The notes under the pieces are model-generated. The model was not told where the DNA came from. It was given only the letters and a program-made list of their open reading frames with translations, and ran no database searches. From Prorocentrum cordatum (Eukaryota), in contig CAUYUJ010000056.1 of assembly GCA_963575745.1 (NCBI GenBank), positions 1 to 64,000 of the forward strand: a DNA stretch of 64,000 bases, given 5' to 3'. Shown one piece after another: positions 22,351-35,733 of the stretch; position 1 is the first letter of the stretch; each line of letters begins with the position of its first letter. The position numbers and the translations under genes are program-made.

Positions 22351-24279
22351 GCGCGTGCGGGAGACGCGGGTGCGACGCGGCAGAGAAGAAAACCACAACC
22401 CCACAAAACATGTGGGGAAAACAAATCCAAGAAGCCTTCCAACTGGCAAATCAAAATGGAATGCCAACCATTTTTGTGTACGGTTCGGCGCCCTCCTGAA
22501 TCTAATCCTCCTCCCCTAGTCCTCCGCATCGCCCTCCTCCATTCATTCGCCTGGCCCCAGGCCCCCCCGCGCTGCAACTACAATTACAAGGTGAATGTCT
22601 CGCTTGACACCTGGAAATTTAAGCGAACAAACAAGATAGAGCACAATGGAAAGAAAAGGGAGGGAGGGGTAGAACGCCAGATGTGGCGCGAACGTTATTA
22701 TGTTGGCTCTCTCTCTATATATATACATATACACGGCAGATTGTAGAAACCTTTGATCACATAATGTTGTTATGTACTTCCGCCGCCTTCCGTCTGCCTT
22801 CCGCTGGCATTCCGCTGGCGGAGCCAGCCACGGCCGTTTCTTGCCGCCGGCCTTGCTGGAACGCTCCATCTGCTCTCTCTTCACTCCCCCTTTCTATAGA
22901 AACCCGAAGGGAAATATGAACAGTAAGATGCTGCAGAACGGAATTGACGATACCACAGTGGCAACAATTGAGCCAAACCGCTACAGACCGCACATGCCAC
23001 AAAACTGCCTCGGCGTCAATCTTAGGACTGACTGGCCCGAGCTGCGCTACCGTTACATTTAGGTCGGGCATGTCCTCCTACAGGCGGATTCGGGAGGAGA
23101 AAATAACCTGATATTGCCACGAACCCCGACCTTGGAGGACAACTGGGCGTGACTTGCGAGAACGAGAACAGCAAAGAAGAGCATGCCTATAGAGCGCATT
23201 ACGTTGGTTCCCGTGTTGTCCGTTTGACGCTGTGACGCTTTGTCGAGGCGCCTCCAGCCGTCCTGGGGCTCTCTTGGGGCAGTCCTTGGGCCGTCTTGGG
23301 CGCTTCTGGGGGCTTGCTGGAGGCCTGTTCAGGGTTCTTGGGGCCTCTTGGGGGCTTCTTGGGGGTCTCTTGGGGCCTCTTGAGGGGTTATTTGGGCGGA
23401 GAACCTCAAAAGTCGGCCCCTGCCTCCGCTCCGGGGGCGCTCTTGGGGCGTGCCTGGGGCTCTTCTGAGGCCGTCTCGGAGGCCTCGTGGGTCGTCTTGA
23501 GGGCCTCTTGGGCCGTCTGGGCGCTCTCTTGGGGGTCTCTGAGGCCGTCTTCGGGCCATCTTTGGGGCCTCTTGGGCTGTCTTGGAGAGGCGGGAAGGCG
23601 AAAAGGCGAGAACCCCCAAAACCTTCAAAAACCGTAGAAAAAGCTATGATCTTGGACGCTACGGGCTCTCCTGGAGGGCCTCTTGGAGGCCTCTCGTGGC
23701 GTCTTTGGGGCTCCCTGGGCCGTCGGGACGCAATCCTGGGCGTCTTGGGCCGCTCTTTCGGCGACTCGAGGCCTTCTTGGTCCATCTTGTGGACCATCTT
23801 GGGGCCGTCCGTGCCTCCTGGAAGCGTCTGCAGAAATCGGGCCGTGAGCGGCCGTCTTCCGCCGACTTCCGCCGGCGTTCCGCCCGTGGCCGGGGCCATG
23901 TCCCGGGGGGTCCCCCCCCAGACCCCCCCAGGGGGACACTAAACGGGAACCCCTCCGCCAGGTCGGGGAACAACGGTGCGTCTTGGAGGTGAGCTCAGCA
24001 CACGACCATGCGAGCCACGAAGTGAGCTGAGCACGTTTCCATGCGAGCCACCGGGAGGAGGGGGGTCGCGGGTTCACATGGCGAGCGGGCAGAGGGATAG
24101 CGAGGGCTGTCCACAAACATTGGCGGCGGACAAATTATCCCGGCAAAGCAACCTAACAGCGATGTGTATAAGCATATCTGGAAGCATTCCCCGTAAGATT
24201 CAGGTGAGAATCCAGTTGTAGAATTCTGCTGTTCTCGCAGTCGCAGTCGCATTCGCAATGACAGTCGCAGTGGCAACGG

Positions 24280-24556
24280 CCTTAGGATCCAATGGAATCC
24301 TACGGATTCCTAGGGATTCCTAAGGCATCCTTAGACATCCTTAGGAATCCATAGGAATCCTTAGGAAACCTTAGGAATCCGTAGGAATCCTGATTCCTAG
24401 GGATTCCTAGGGATTCCTAAGGATTCCTGAGGAATCCTAAGGATTCCTAAGGATTCCTGAGGATGCTGAACTATGCCTACGGATTCCTAAGGATGCCTAC
24501 GGATTCCTAAGGATTCCTAGGGATTCCTGAGGATTCCTATGGATTCCTACGGATGC
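24280..24556. repeat. 10-bp GGATTCCTAR minisatellite with internal inversions
   Basis: ggattcctaa/ggattcctag units alternate with a block of the reverse complement ttaggaatcc. Confidence 0.85.
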
Positions 24557-25231
24557 CTCAGCCTGTCTCAGCCTCAGCCTCAGCCTCAGCCTGCCTCGGC
24601 TTGCCTCAGCCTCAGCCTCAGCCTGCCTCGGCCTCAGCCTCAGCCTGCCTCAGCCTCAGCCTCAGCCTGCCTCGGCCGCAGCCTGCGTCAGCCTCAGCCT
24701 CAGCCTGCCTTAGCCTCAGCCTGCCTCAGCCTCAGCCTCAGCCTCAGCCTCAGCCTCAGCCTCAGCCTGCCTCGGCTTGCCTCAGCCTCAGCCTCAGCCT
24801 GCCTCGGCCTCAGCCTGCCTCGGCCTCAGCCTGCCTCAGCCTCCCCTCCTCCCCCCCCCATTCAGCCTCACCTTGTCTCAGCTTCGGCCTGCCTCGGCCT
24901 CATCCTCAGCCTCAGCCGCAGTCTCAGCCTCAGCCTGTCTCGGCCTGAGCCTGCCTCGGCCTTAGCCTCAGCCTGCCTCAGCCTCAGCCTGCCTCAGCCT
25001 CAGCCTCAGCCTGTCTCAGCCTCAGCCTGCCTCAGCATCAGCCTCAGCCTCAGCCTCAGCCTGCCTCGGCTTGCCTCGGCCTCAGCCTCAGCCTGCCTCG
25101 GCCTCAGCCTCAGCCCCAGCCTCAGCCTGCCTCAGCTTCAGCCTCAGCCTCAGCCTGCCTCGGCTTGCCTCAGCCTCAGCCTCAGCCTCAGCCTCAGCCT
25201 CAGCCTGCCTCGGCCTCAGCCTCAGCCTGCA
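24556..25231. repeat. (CCTCAG)n / CCTG-interrupted hexamer array
   Basis: Directly visible. Confidence 0.9.
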
Positions 25232-26761
25232 TCAGACTTCCGCCGGCGTTCCGCCCGTGGCCGGGGCCATGTCCCGGGGGGTCCCCCCCCAAACCCCCCC
25301 AGGGGGACACTAAACGGGAACCCCTCCGCCAGGTCGGGGAAAAATGCCCCAACAATACTCCAAAATGGCAAAAAATAGTCAAACAATCGCCCCGTTAACT
25401 ATTTTTTGAATTGTCCTCCTGTAGAGGGACGTGCCCGACTTAACGCTACATGCTCTCCCCCAGGCATGGGGTCACATAATTCACCATGTCCTCCTCCTCC
25501 TCCTCCGCCACCGCCGCCGCCAGAGGACAGTGGCGCGGAGCGCCCTCCTCGGAGGCCGCCTGTTCCGCAGCCCAAGGCGGCGTCAGCTCCTGCGCTTTGG
25601 CCTGTCGGGAGCCAGGGCGCCGGCAAGTGCATCGAGGGTGGTGCCTCCTCGCGAGGCCACCTCTTCCCCGTCCTCCCCATCCGAAGATATGGGAAATTCA
25701 ACCAACACTTTGTCCTCAGTCCCGATCCTCAGGAGCCGTCGCCGGGACCGTCAAAAACTGACCCAGGGCGAAAACTTACCCCACGGAAGGGGTTGGGAGC
25801 TCTGGGGCAGCAGATTGAACCTGATATTGCCACGAACCCCGACCTTGGAGGACAACTGGGCGTGACTTGCGAGAACGAGAACAGCAAAGAAGAGCATGCC
25901 TATAGAGCGCATTACGTTGGTTCCCGTGTTGTCCGTTTGACGCTGTGACGCTTTGTCGAGGCGCCTCCAGCCGTCCTGGGGCTCTCTTGGGGCAGTCCTA
26001 GGGCCGTCTTGGGCGCTTCTGGGGGCTTGCTGGAGGCCTGTTCAGGGTTCTTGGGGCCTCTTGGGGGCTTCTTGGGGGTCTCTTGGGGCCTCTTGAGGGG
26101 TTATTTGGGCGGAGAACCTCAAAAGTCGGCCCCTGCCTCCGCTCCGGGGGCGCTCTTGGGGCGTGCCTGGGGCTCTTCTGAGGCCGTCTCGGAGGCCTCC
26201 TGGGTCGTCTTGAGGGCCTCTGATTGAAAAAGTCATGTCGGAGGATGTCTGTGAACGGGCCCTGTAGTTTGTTCGCCGGCCCCCATGAAAGGAAAGAGGC
26301 ATCGGAGGGCGGAGAAGCGACCCTACCATCGGGGAGATGTTAGACGCGGGCGCGGGGGACTCGAGTGGGCCTGACAGGGCCGTCAGGAAAATGACGAGAT
26401 CCAGTCTGAAATTTGACGCGAGCTCCCGCTGCAAACATCCCACGAAAACTGAACGGTCAAAACCCAGGATGGACACATCAAAAAGCGTCGGCAGACCGGA
26501 GTTCCGGCGAACTACTGGAGATGTCTCGAGCCGAGCAGGGGGACCACACCACCAGGAGGACCCCTGGCTGCTCGCGCTGGTGGTGATGGTGTCGGTTTTC
26601 CTTGTTCCTGGGGAAGGGACTAGAGAGGAAGGGCAAAGGGAAAAGAAGAGGGCGAAGAAGAAACGGATGGCTGCGAGGCCATTGCCTGGCCGGCGTTGCC
26701 TGGGGTCCCTCGGGGTTGTCTGGGGGTTGCCAGCGTTGCTCGGGGCCGCCTGGGGCCAGAC

Positions 26762-27846
26762 ATTGCCAAGCAGTGCCACTCAACGCCAAGCAATGCAATG
26801 CGAAATAATGCCAAGCAATGCCAAGCAATGCCAACCAATGCAAATCAATGCCAGACAATGCCAAGCACTGCAAATCAACGCCAAGCAACGCAACTCCACA
26901 AAGCAATGCCAAGCAGCGCCATGCAATTCCAAGCATTGTTGAGCAATGCAAGACAATGTCAAACAATGCAAAGCAAAGCCCGACAATGTCAAGCAATGCC
27001 AAGCAAAACCAAGCAATGCCAAGCAATGCGAAGCGCTGCACATCAATGCCGAGCAACGCGAATCAATGCAAAGCAACCATTCCACGCAATGCAAAGCAAT
27101 GCAAACCAATGCAAGGCAAGGCAAAGCACCGCAGGGAAGTGCCAACTCATGCAAAGCAACGCAAACCAATGCCACGCAGCGCCAAGAAATGCCCAGCAAT
27201 GCTCATCAATGCCAAGCAATGCCAAGCAACGCGAATCAATGCAAAGCGACGCCATGCAATGCCAAGCAAGCCAAGCAATGCCAAGCAATGCGAAGAAATG
27301 CGAAGAAATACCAAGCAATGCAAAACATCGATTCCAAGCACTGGCAAGCAACGCAAAGCCATGTTGATCAACGCGAAACAATGCAGAGCGACGCCATGCA
27401 ATGCCAAGCAAAGCCAAGCAATGCCAAGGAAGGCAAAACACTGCGGAGCAATGACAAGGTAATGCCAAGCAACGCCAAGCAGTGCAAATCAACGCCAAGC
27501 AATGCAACGCAAAGCAATGCCAAACCAGGCAGCGATTCGAACCAATGCCAAGCAGTGCCGACCAGTTCTAAGCCAATGCAAGTGAATGCAAAGCAATGCC
27601 AAGCAAGGTAAATACATGCAGAGCGATGTCTTGCAAGTCCAAGCAAATCCAAGCAATGCAATGCAATGCAATGCGGAGAACTGCCAAGCAACGTCAAGCA
27701 ATGCAAAGCAGTTCAAATCAACGCTAAGCAACACAAGCAATGTCAAGCACTGCCAAGCAAAGCCAAGCAATGCCAAGCGACGGAAAGTAATGCAAAGCAA
27801 TGGTTGCAAGCAGTGCCAAGCAACGCCAAGAAATGCCAAGCAATGA
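26762..27846. repeat. Degenerate AAGCAATGCC (5/10-bp period) minisatellite
   Basis: Recurring ccaagcaatg/caaagcaatg units across ~1.1 kb. Confidence 0.85.
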
Positions 27847-28699
27847 TAGGCACTTTCAAGCTATGCTTTGCATTGCATTGGTCAGAACTGATTCGAACTG
27901 CTTCTGAAGAAAGAAGACCCCTAAGTGGGCTCGCGCGCGGCTCATGTAATTACTGTAGGCTGCTCCTCTTTGCACCGAAAACGCACAAGCGCACGCCTCG
28001 TGCGGACCGGGAGAAGCCAGAGGCTTGAGCGAAGACTTGTGTCGTGGGCGGACGGGAGAAGCAAGCTCTACGCGTGCTCTTGCGTCAATGCACCCTCCAC
28101 TGCACTCTGGGTGGAAGATCAAGCTGATCCGTGCTCTTGCCATGCCCTCCCTTCCCCTTCTGCCCCCTTCGCGCGCCATTGCTCCCCCTCGTACAATGCT
28201 CCTTGATCCCATCATCCTTCCCTTTCCCTTGCTTCCATGCTCCCCCTTGCTCCCTCATCCTGGATCCCCCGCTCTCCATCCCTCCCTCCCTCGCTCCTCC
28301 CCCCCTCGCTCCTCCCTCATCGTTCTTCCCTCCCTCCCGCCTCTTCCCTACTCCCTCCTCCATCCTCCCCCCTCCTTCCGTACCCCTGCTCAATCGATCA
28401 TTCCCTCGTCCCTCCTCCATCCCTTTCCCTCCTGCCTTCTCAGACGGTTGGCGTTGCAATCCCGGCATCGAGTGACAAGGCCGCAGCAGTTAATTCTCTA
28501 GTAAGAAGGAAAATAGAATGCATGTGTCCTTACTCGCAGGGAAAAACGACATACCGTTCTCCAGTTATCAAGGGCGAATATAGGAAGCATGTTTCCTAGT
28601 AGTATAACGCGTAATATATATTACGTATGTGTGTATATATCTATCTATGCACATATAGATCTTTGTCTATATATATATATATACACACATATATATGTA

Positions 28700-31600
28700 T
28701 GTATATATGTATATATATACATATCGGAGGTGAGGGGGTGAGATCGAACTGGAACGGAGAGCCCCCCTACCGGGAAATCGATTTCGTGTTCGTGCGTGCC
28801 GTGCGGGCGAGGCGAAGCTGCGTGGGCGGGCGAGAGAAAATCTCCTGCGGCTGAAGCGCGGCCGGACCAAATGATTCTCCACCGGGCGGCCGGTGGCCCG
28901 CGGTGTCCCGCCGGTGTCCCGCGAAAGTCCCGCGAAAGTCCCGTGTGGCTGAGGCGCGGCCGGACCAAATGACTCCCTTCCGGGCGGCCGGTGGCCCGCG
29001 GTGTCCTGCCGGTGTCCCGCGAAAGTCCCGCGGTGTCCCGCGGTGCCCCGCGGTGTCCCGCCGGTGTCCCGCGGTGTCCCGCGATGATGATGATGATGAT
29101 GATGATGAGATGATGATAGTGGTGATGATGATGGTGATGCTGAGGATGATGCTGCTGATGATGATGATGATTACGTCGATGATGATGGTGATGCTGCTGA
29201 TGATGATGATGATGAGGACGATGATGATGATGATATGATGATGATGGTGTCCCGATGATGATGATAATGATGATGTCGATGATGATGATGATGACGATGA
29301 TGAAGATGCTGATGGTGTCCCGATGGTGAAGATGATGATGATCATGATGATTATGTTGATGATCATGATGATGACGATGATGGTGTCCCGATGGTGATGA
29401 GTATGATGATGTTGATGTTGACGATGCTGATTATGATTGTGTCCCGATGATGATGATGTTGATGATGATGAGGTTGATGATGAATTAGGCGTCCCGATGA
29501 TGATGATTATTATGATGGCGATTGTGATGATGTTGATGATGATGGCGTCCCGATGGTGATGATGATGATGTTGATGCTGATGTTGTTAATGATGATGATG
29601 GTGCCTCGATGATGACGACGATGATGATGCTGATGCTGATGTTGGTGATGCTGATGATGATGTCGATGATGAGGATGAGATGATGATGATGATGGTGTTC
29701 CGATGATGATGATGATGCTAACGATGGTGATCATGATGGTGTCCCGATCATGATGCTGCTGATGATGATGGTGACGATGACTGTGTCCCGATGCTGCTGA
29801 TGATGATGACGTTGATGATGATGATTGTGACGATGGTGATGATGATGATGATGATGGTGGTGTCCCGATGATGCTGATGACCGTGATGATGATGATGATG
29901 ATGTTGGTGTTGATGATGAGGACGGTGTCCCGATTATGATGATGTTGGTGATGATGATGTTGATGTTGATGTTGTTGTTGTTGATGGTGATGACGTTGAT
30001 TGTGAGAGCGGTTGTGATATCGATAGTGAAATCGATAGTGAGACCAAATGTGATATCGATTGTGAGATCGGTAGTCAAAGCAATTGTGAGATAGATCGAT
30101 TGAGATCGACTGTGAGATCGATCGAGGGAGATCGATCGAGCGAGACCGATACTGAGATCGATCGTGAGATCGATAATGAGACCGATCGAGTGAGACGTTG
30201 GTTCCTCCCCCCCCGAACCTCCTTATCACCCGAAGTGTGGTCGTATAGGTGTGTATATATATATATATATATGTGTATCGGAGGTGAGGGGGTGAGATCG
30301 AAGTGGAACGGAGAGCCCCCCCACCGGGAAATCGATTTCGGTTTCGTGTTCGTGCGTGCCGTGCGGGCGAGGCGAAGCTGCGTGGGCGGGCGAGAGAAAG
30401 TCTCGTGTGGCTGAGGCGCGGCCGGACCAAATGTCTCCCTTCCGGGCCCGGGGGCCCGCGGTGTCCCGCCGGTGTCCCGCTAGTGTCCCGTGTGGCTGAG
30501 GCGCGGCCGGACCAAATGACTCCCTTCCGGGCGGCCGGGGGCCCGCGGTGTCCCGCCGGTGTCCCGTCGGTGCCCCGTCGGTGTCCCGATAATGATGATG
30601 TTGATGATGATCATTGGTTGTGTTGATGGTGATGATGATGACGATGATGGTGTCCTGGTGATGATGACGATGATGATGTTGATGATGATGATGAGATGAC
30701 GATGATGTTGATGTTTTGCCCGTTGTTGATGATGGTGTTGGTAATGCTGATGCTGCTGATGATGATTATGGTATCCCGATGATGATGATTATGACGGTGG
30801 TGATGATGATGGTGATGGTGATGGTGTACCGATGATGATATTGATGATGATGTTGGTGATGATGATGCTGCTGATGATGATGGTGCCCCGATGATGTTGA
30901 TGATGCTGTTGATGATGATGATAATGCGCTGATGATGATGAGGGTGTCCCGATGTTGTTGGTGATTTTGGCGATGACAACGATGGTGACCATGATGGTGT
31001 CCCAATGATGATGATGCTGATGGTGCTGATGACGATGGCTGTGTCCCGCTGGTGATGTTGACGATGTTGTTGATGATGATGAGATGACGATGATGTTGAT
31101 GTTTCTGCCCGTTGTCGTTGATGATGATGTTGGTAATGATGATGCTGCTGATGATGATTATGGTATCCCGATGATAATGATTATGACGGTGGTGATGATG
31201 ATGGTGATGGTGATGGTGTACCGATGATGCTGCTGCTGATGATGGTGTCCCGATGATGTTGATGATGCTGTTGATTATGATGATGCTGATGATTAAATGA
31301 TGATGATGATGGTGTCCCGATGTTGTTGATGATGTTGGCGATGACAATGATGGTGACCATGCTGGTGTCCAGATGATGATGATTATGCTGATGGTGATGA
31401 TGACGAAGGCTGTGTGCCGATGATGATGATGATGTTCCTGACTATGACGAGATGATGATGGGGATGATGATGATGATGATGATGGCCTGATGATGATGGC
31501 GTTGATGATGATGACGATGATGATGATGGTCCCGATGACGATGAAAATGATGGTGTTGGTGATGATGATGACGTTGAATGTTAGATCGATGGTGATATCG

Positions 31601-31827
31601 GTAGTGAAATCGATGGTGAGACCGAATGTGAGATCGATTGTGAGATCGATATTCAAATCAATTGTGAGACCGAGCGAATGAGATATATCGAGTGAGATGG
31701 GTTGTGAGATCGATCGAGGGAGATCGATCGAGCGAGACCGATAGTGAGATGGATAGTGAGACCGATCGAGTGAGACGCTGCATCCTCCCCCCCCCGAACC
31801 TCCTTATCACCCGAAGGGTGGTCGTAT

Positions 31828-31863
<36 letters not shown>
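28700..31863. repeat. Two tandem ~1.56-kb composite units with (GAT)n bodies punctuated by GGTGTCCCGA
   Basis: 28723-28880 resembles 30277-30440, and 30000-30270 resembles 31570-31860; GAT-rich tracts lie between. Confidence 0.8.
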
Positions 31864-31865
<2 letters not shown>

Positions 31866-32759
31866 CGGGGGAGACCCCCCTGTCAGGGCGGGGACGCTGT
31901 AATCCGGGCGGGGTTCATTTTTCCCGGGAGGGCTGCGTTGGACTATGCGCGGGGGGCCTTTGCAGTCCAGGGGGGGGCCCTTGAAGTCCGGGGCGTTGCC
32001 TCTGTAGTATGGGGAGGGCGCTTGGTTCTCCAGGGAAGGAACGCGCTGGTCTTCTATGGGAAGGGGCCCTTGCAATCGGGGGGGGCCCTTGTAGTCAGGG
32101 GGGAGGGACCTTGTAATCCGGGAGGGGGGGTCGTGTTTTCTGGGGGGGCGATCATTGATCTGCGCGGAAGGGTCCTTGTAGTCGGAGTAGGGGGCCATTG
32201 TTGTCCGATGGGGGGTCTCTGTAGTCCAAGGGAAGGAAGGCCTTGCAAACGGGGAAGGAGCCCTTGTACTCCGGGGCGGGGGGCCCATGCAGTCAGGCGG
32301 GGTCCTTTCTTCCTGGGGCGAGATGCGTTGGCGCACGCACAAGAGCGCCTGTGGTCTGGGGGCCCCCTTTGCAATCCGAGAAAAGGGCCCTTGCAATCAG
32401 GGGTCGTGCTTTCCTGGGGAGAAGTGCATGGTGCACGTGGAAAAGCCCCTGTAATCTTGGGGTGGGGGGGGCGCTCTTGTAATCTTGGAGGGAGGGCTTC
32501 GTGGTCCGTGGAGGGGGCCCTTGTGGTCGGAGGGGGGGCCCCGATAGTCTGGGGAGCAGCATCGTGGCCTGGGGGCCCATTAGGTCCTCTGGGGGGGGGG
32601 GGCGATTGAGGTATTCCGAATTATGAGGAACATGGAAACGCTCGGACCGGGCGGGCGGACCCTCGCGGGCGGGCGGGCGGGCCGAGCGAAGCAGGACATT
32701 TGAGCAGAGCGCAATGCATCGAACAGGACATCCACAAGGGCGGCGACAACATTGAAGGC

Positions 32760-32796
32760 GGCGACGATGACGCCGGCGACGACGACGGCGAACGCA

Positions 32797-32834
<38 letters not shown>

Positions 32835-32990
32835 AACGCCAGCGACGACGAGCACAACGAAAACGAAGATAACGACGACGACGTCGATGAATGCGACGAA
32901 GACGACGGCGTCGACGCCGACGACGACGACGTGGGCGACTACGACGACGAGGAAAACACTGACCACGACGACAAGACGACGACGACGACT
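32760..32990. repeat. (GAC)n microsatellite
   Basis: Directly visible. Confidence 0.85.
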
Positions 32991-34390
32991 CCTCCCTCCC
33001 TCGTCCTACCTTCCTTCCCCTCCTCCCTCTCTCCTCCCTCTCCCCTCTTGCCCCCACCAGGTATGCCAGCGTTGCCGAGCCACTCTTAAGCCTTCGCACG
33101 TTGGCAGAAAAGCCGAGCCAGTATTAAGCCTCGGCTGAGATCCCAGGTGGCTTCGTGGGGCGCCTGTGACAGCTTCAGGATGCGTGTTGGTCCATCCGCC
33201 CCACCTTCCCTCCCCCGCGCCCCCGCGGAGTTGCCGCAGCTTGGCAACCCTGCTATGCGTGCGAGCGCGGGCGTGCGTCTCGCGTGACATTGCCTCGCCG
33301 CGAAGCCTGCCGCTGTCGCGCGAGGCGTCTCGCGCGACGGGTCGCGCGCGCCCGCGGCGGTAACGCGGCGCTAAAACGAGAGCCACATTTGGAGAAAGGC
33401 CCACCCTCCATCCATAAAGCCGTGGCAAGCTTTTAGCACGAATCTCCCAAACGAGAGCCGCATTTTGAAAACAACTGGCCTTCCATCCTTGAGACGGTTG
33501 CACACATGTAAACATATATGCGCGGCGCCAGACGAGAACCACATTATGTAAAGGAACCCTCTTTATCTTTGAAACGGTTTCAAACTAAGCAGACGAATGT
33601 GCACGGCGCTGAAACGAGAGAGCCGCACAAAAAAAACACCTGCACTCCATCCACAAACTTGTTACAACTTTCAGGCTCCAGAACGACAAATAATTAGGAA
33701 GTCTCAGGCGAAGCGCCTGGCCCGCCCTACCGACACGTGCAAGGGCGCGACAATGGGGAGTTGTGCATAAGAGATATGAGCGGAGGAGGAGGAGAGATCA
33801 GGGGAGGTAAGAACTGGCAAAGGAAGGAGATGAGACACAAAGTGGGGAAGACTGAGAGCCAGAGAAAGATATATGTGTATATATACAGATATTGAAGGGT
33901 TGAGGAAGAGAGAGAGAGAGAGAGAGAGAAACAACAAAACAAGAAAGAGGGAGAAAGAGAGAGAGGGAGAGGGAGAGAGAGAGAGAGAGGGGGTGTGAGA
34001 GAGAAAGAGAGATAGAGAGAGAGAGAGAGAGAGAAAGCAAAAAGAGAGGGGCAGGCGCGAGAAAGGGCACAGAACATGGTCTGGACGAGGAACGGCGGGA
34101 TCCGCAGCCGCGTGTCGGGGCACGGGCGCCTTGTAGGCCGCCACTGCCTTCCGCAACATGTCGACCTTCTCCTCACGGTAAAGCATCATCCGCTCGACGT
34201 GATCCTCCTCCTCCTCCTCATCATCATCATCATCACGACAACCATCACCATCACCATAACCATCATATCCACCATCACCAGCAGTACCATCTCTCCCCAT
34301 CTCTCCCTTCCTCCTCCTCCCCGTTACCTACTTCATCCTCCCACTTTTCCTCTTGGCGCATCATCTCGATTTACATCGTCATCCTCAAGC

Positions 34391-34654
34391 AGTCGAAAGT
34401 GAGCCCGGTAACTCCAATAGCATCCGATACCATGGGGATCGGATGGCAGATAGCGTCCATTCCTCTGCTGCGGTGGTTCAGTATGGGGAATGTGCGGGTA
34501 TGATAGGATAAGATCGATGTATCGGTCTTTCCAGCACATAGCGAACACAAGCAGTGTCCGGGCAAATAGGGCGCGCGTGCCTTGAGCCAAAGGCAACGGC
34601 ACGCGAGCTATGCTCCCGATACTATAACATCTCCCAAAGAGCTACCCTTAAAGT
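34391..34654 (-). repeat. 3' LTR (264 bp)
   Basis: Matches 50129-50392 with 5 substitutions by manual comparison. The boundary is uncertain by 1 nt. Confidence 0.95.
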
Positions 34655-35034
34655 CGGGAGGGGAGGAGACGGAGAGCATAGCCGCGCAGCCGTTAGGCTT
34701 TTCAAAGGCCGCGCGCACGACTGCTTGCAAGAAAGAAAACAGTGCGTACAGTCTGGCCTAACACCAGACTGTAAGGCGAGTTTCCTCGCAAGGCATTTCG
34801 CGCAAATACAAGATAGCCCCTTCGAACGATGAAGGGCTATCGGCTCAGTTAGAGGCAAACCAAACAGGCCATACCTTACCGAGCAAATATGTATTAAGGC
34901 AAAGAGCCTGAGTCATACAAAGCCGGCTCGCTGCCAGGCGTGAAATGTGAGGCTCGTTTCCGAGCAACTAGAAGGGCGCCTCTATAGTAGGCGCCCATGC
35001 TGGCAAATCGGACCGCGGGGGCAACAAGGACAGA

Positions 35035-35733
35035 CTAAAATTGATTAGACTTGGGTTTGTCTCTGTCCTCGGGACCCCGAAAGGGAACAAACTGCTTAAC
35101 GTCATACTTGAATGACTGGGTGCCTGACATCACTTCCAGAAGCAGCTCCCGATCGATGCTTCCCTTTGTATGCCCGTCTGCGGTCATATCCCTAGTATCA
35201 CACCACTGCACGTTATGTACTATACCTATATCCATAAGCTCACGTATCCAACTGATATGTCCAAGCAGGGTCCGTTCTGTCGGTATCTTAAGATCCTTGC
35301 TTGATAATGATTTATAAACGGACTCAGCGTCTATGGTAAGAGATACTTTGATGGCTAGGCCTCCAACTTCACGCATATCTCGTAGTTGTCGTGGAGTCAG
35401 AGCTCCTGCCTTGAGCTCGTGGAGAGTGATGAGCGTAGGGTAACACTCATCGAGGTTATGCGCCGCTGCGAGTGCCTCCGCAGCATAGCTGGACCTCACC
35501 TGCAGTCGGTGTGATTTGCATAGTCCGTCACAGAGGTGAACGACGGACTTGCCTTGAATCGAGTTTCCTCGCCGTAGTACATTCGCCCCGCGTATGCCGT
35601 AGCCCTTGGTCTCATCATCCTCCTCCCCGGTAAGCTTCCGATACCCCGAATCGCTGTGGATGTCAACTTCATTCGTCGGCTTCATCCGAGGGAAGGTGAT
35701 GCGTTTCGGGCTGCTGATCAGCTTTCGCGTCAC
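35035..35733 (-). CDS. pol: Copia-type RNase H segment of Pol
   Basis: Motifs DIHSDSGY...VRSSYAAEALA...TIDAESVY...WCDTRDMTADGHTK. It joins the RT segment if a TG duplication at ~35730 (GCTGTGTGACG) is removed. Confidence 0.9.
   Translation of the reverse strand: MTRKLISSPKRITFPRMKPTNEVDIHSDSGYRKLTGEEDDETKGYGIRGANVLRRGNSIQGKSVVHLCDGLCKSHRLQVRSSYAAEALAAAHNLDECYPTLITLHELKAGALTPRQLRDMREVGGLAIKVSLTIDAESVYKSLSSKDLKIPTERTLLGHISWIRELMDIGIVHNVQWCDTRDMTADGHTKGSIDRELLLEVMSGTQSFKYDVKQFVPFRGPEDRDKPKSNQF

Larger units (their letters stand above)
23062..25440. mobile_element. Candidate non-autonomous DNA transposon with 23-bp imperfect TIRs and TA flanks
   Basis: ta|ggtcgggcatgtcctcctacagg (23062-23084) and cctgtagagggacgtgcccgact|ta (25418-25440) match 19/23 as inverted repeats; no transposase inside. 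Confidence 0.4.
23105..26221 (+). repeat. Direct segmental repeats: 23105-23508 = 25818-26221 (~404 bp) and 23864-23970 = 25235-25341 (~107 bp)
   Basis: Near-identical sequence at constant offsets of 2713 and 1371 bp. Confidence 0.9.

Noticed and set aside
18959..22577. Long ORFs (687, 992, 351 aa) with repeated peptides
   Set aside because: They are translations of the stop-poor 91-bp satellite; the unit length is not a constant multiple of 3 and frames swap between units.
24556..25231. Telomere-like array
   Set aside because: The unit is CCTCAG/CTGAGG, not the TTTAGGG-type repeat; it is interstitial and degenerate.
26602..28028. Cys/Gln/Ala-rich ORFs on both strands
   Set aside because: They are translations of the AAGCAATGCC minisatellite.
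28767..31681. Poly-His/Ile/Ser/Met/Asp ORFs
   Set aside because: They are (GAT)n microsatellite translations.
34333..34832. ORFs 34333..34602 and 34554..34832 as separate genes
   Set aside because: They are merely the LTR sequence duplicated from the 5' end.
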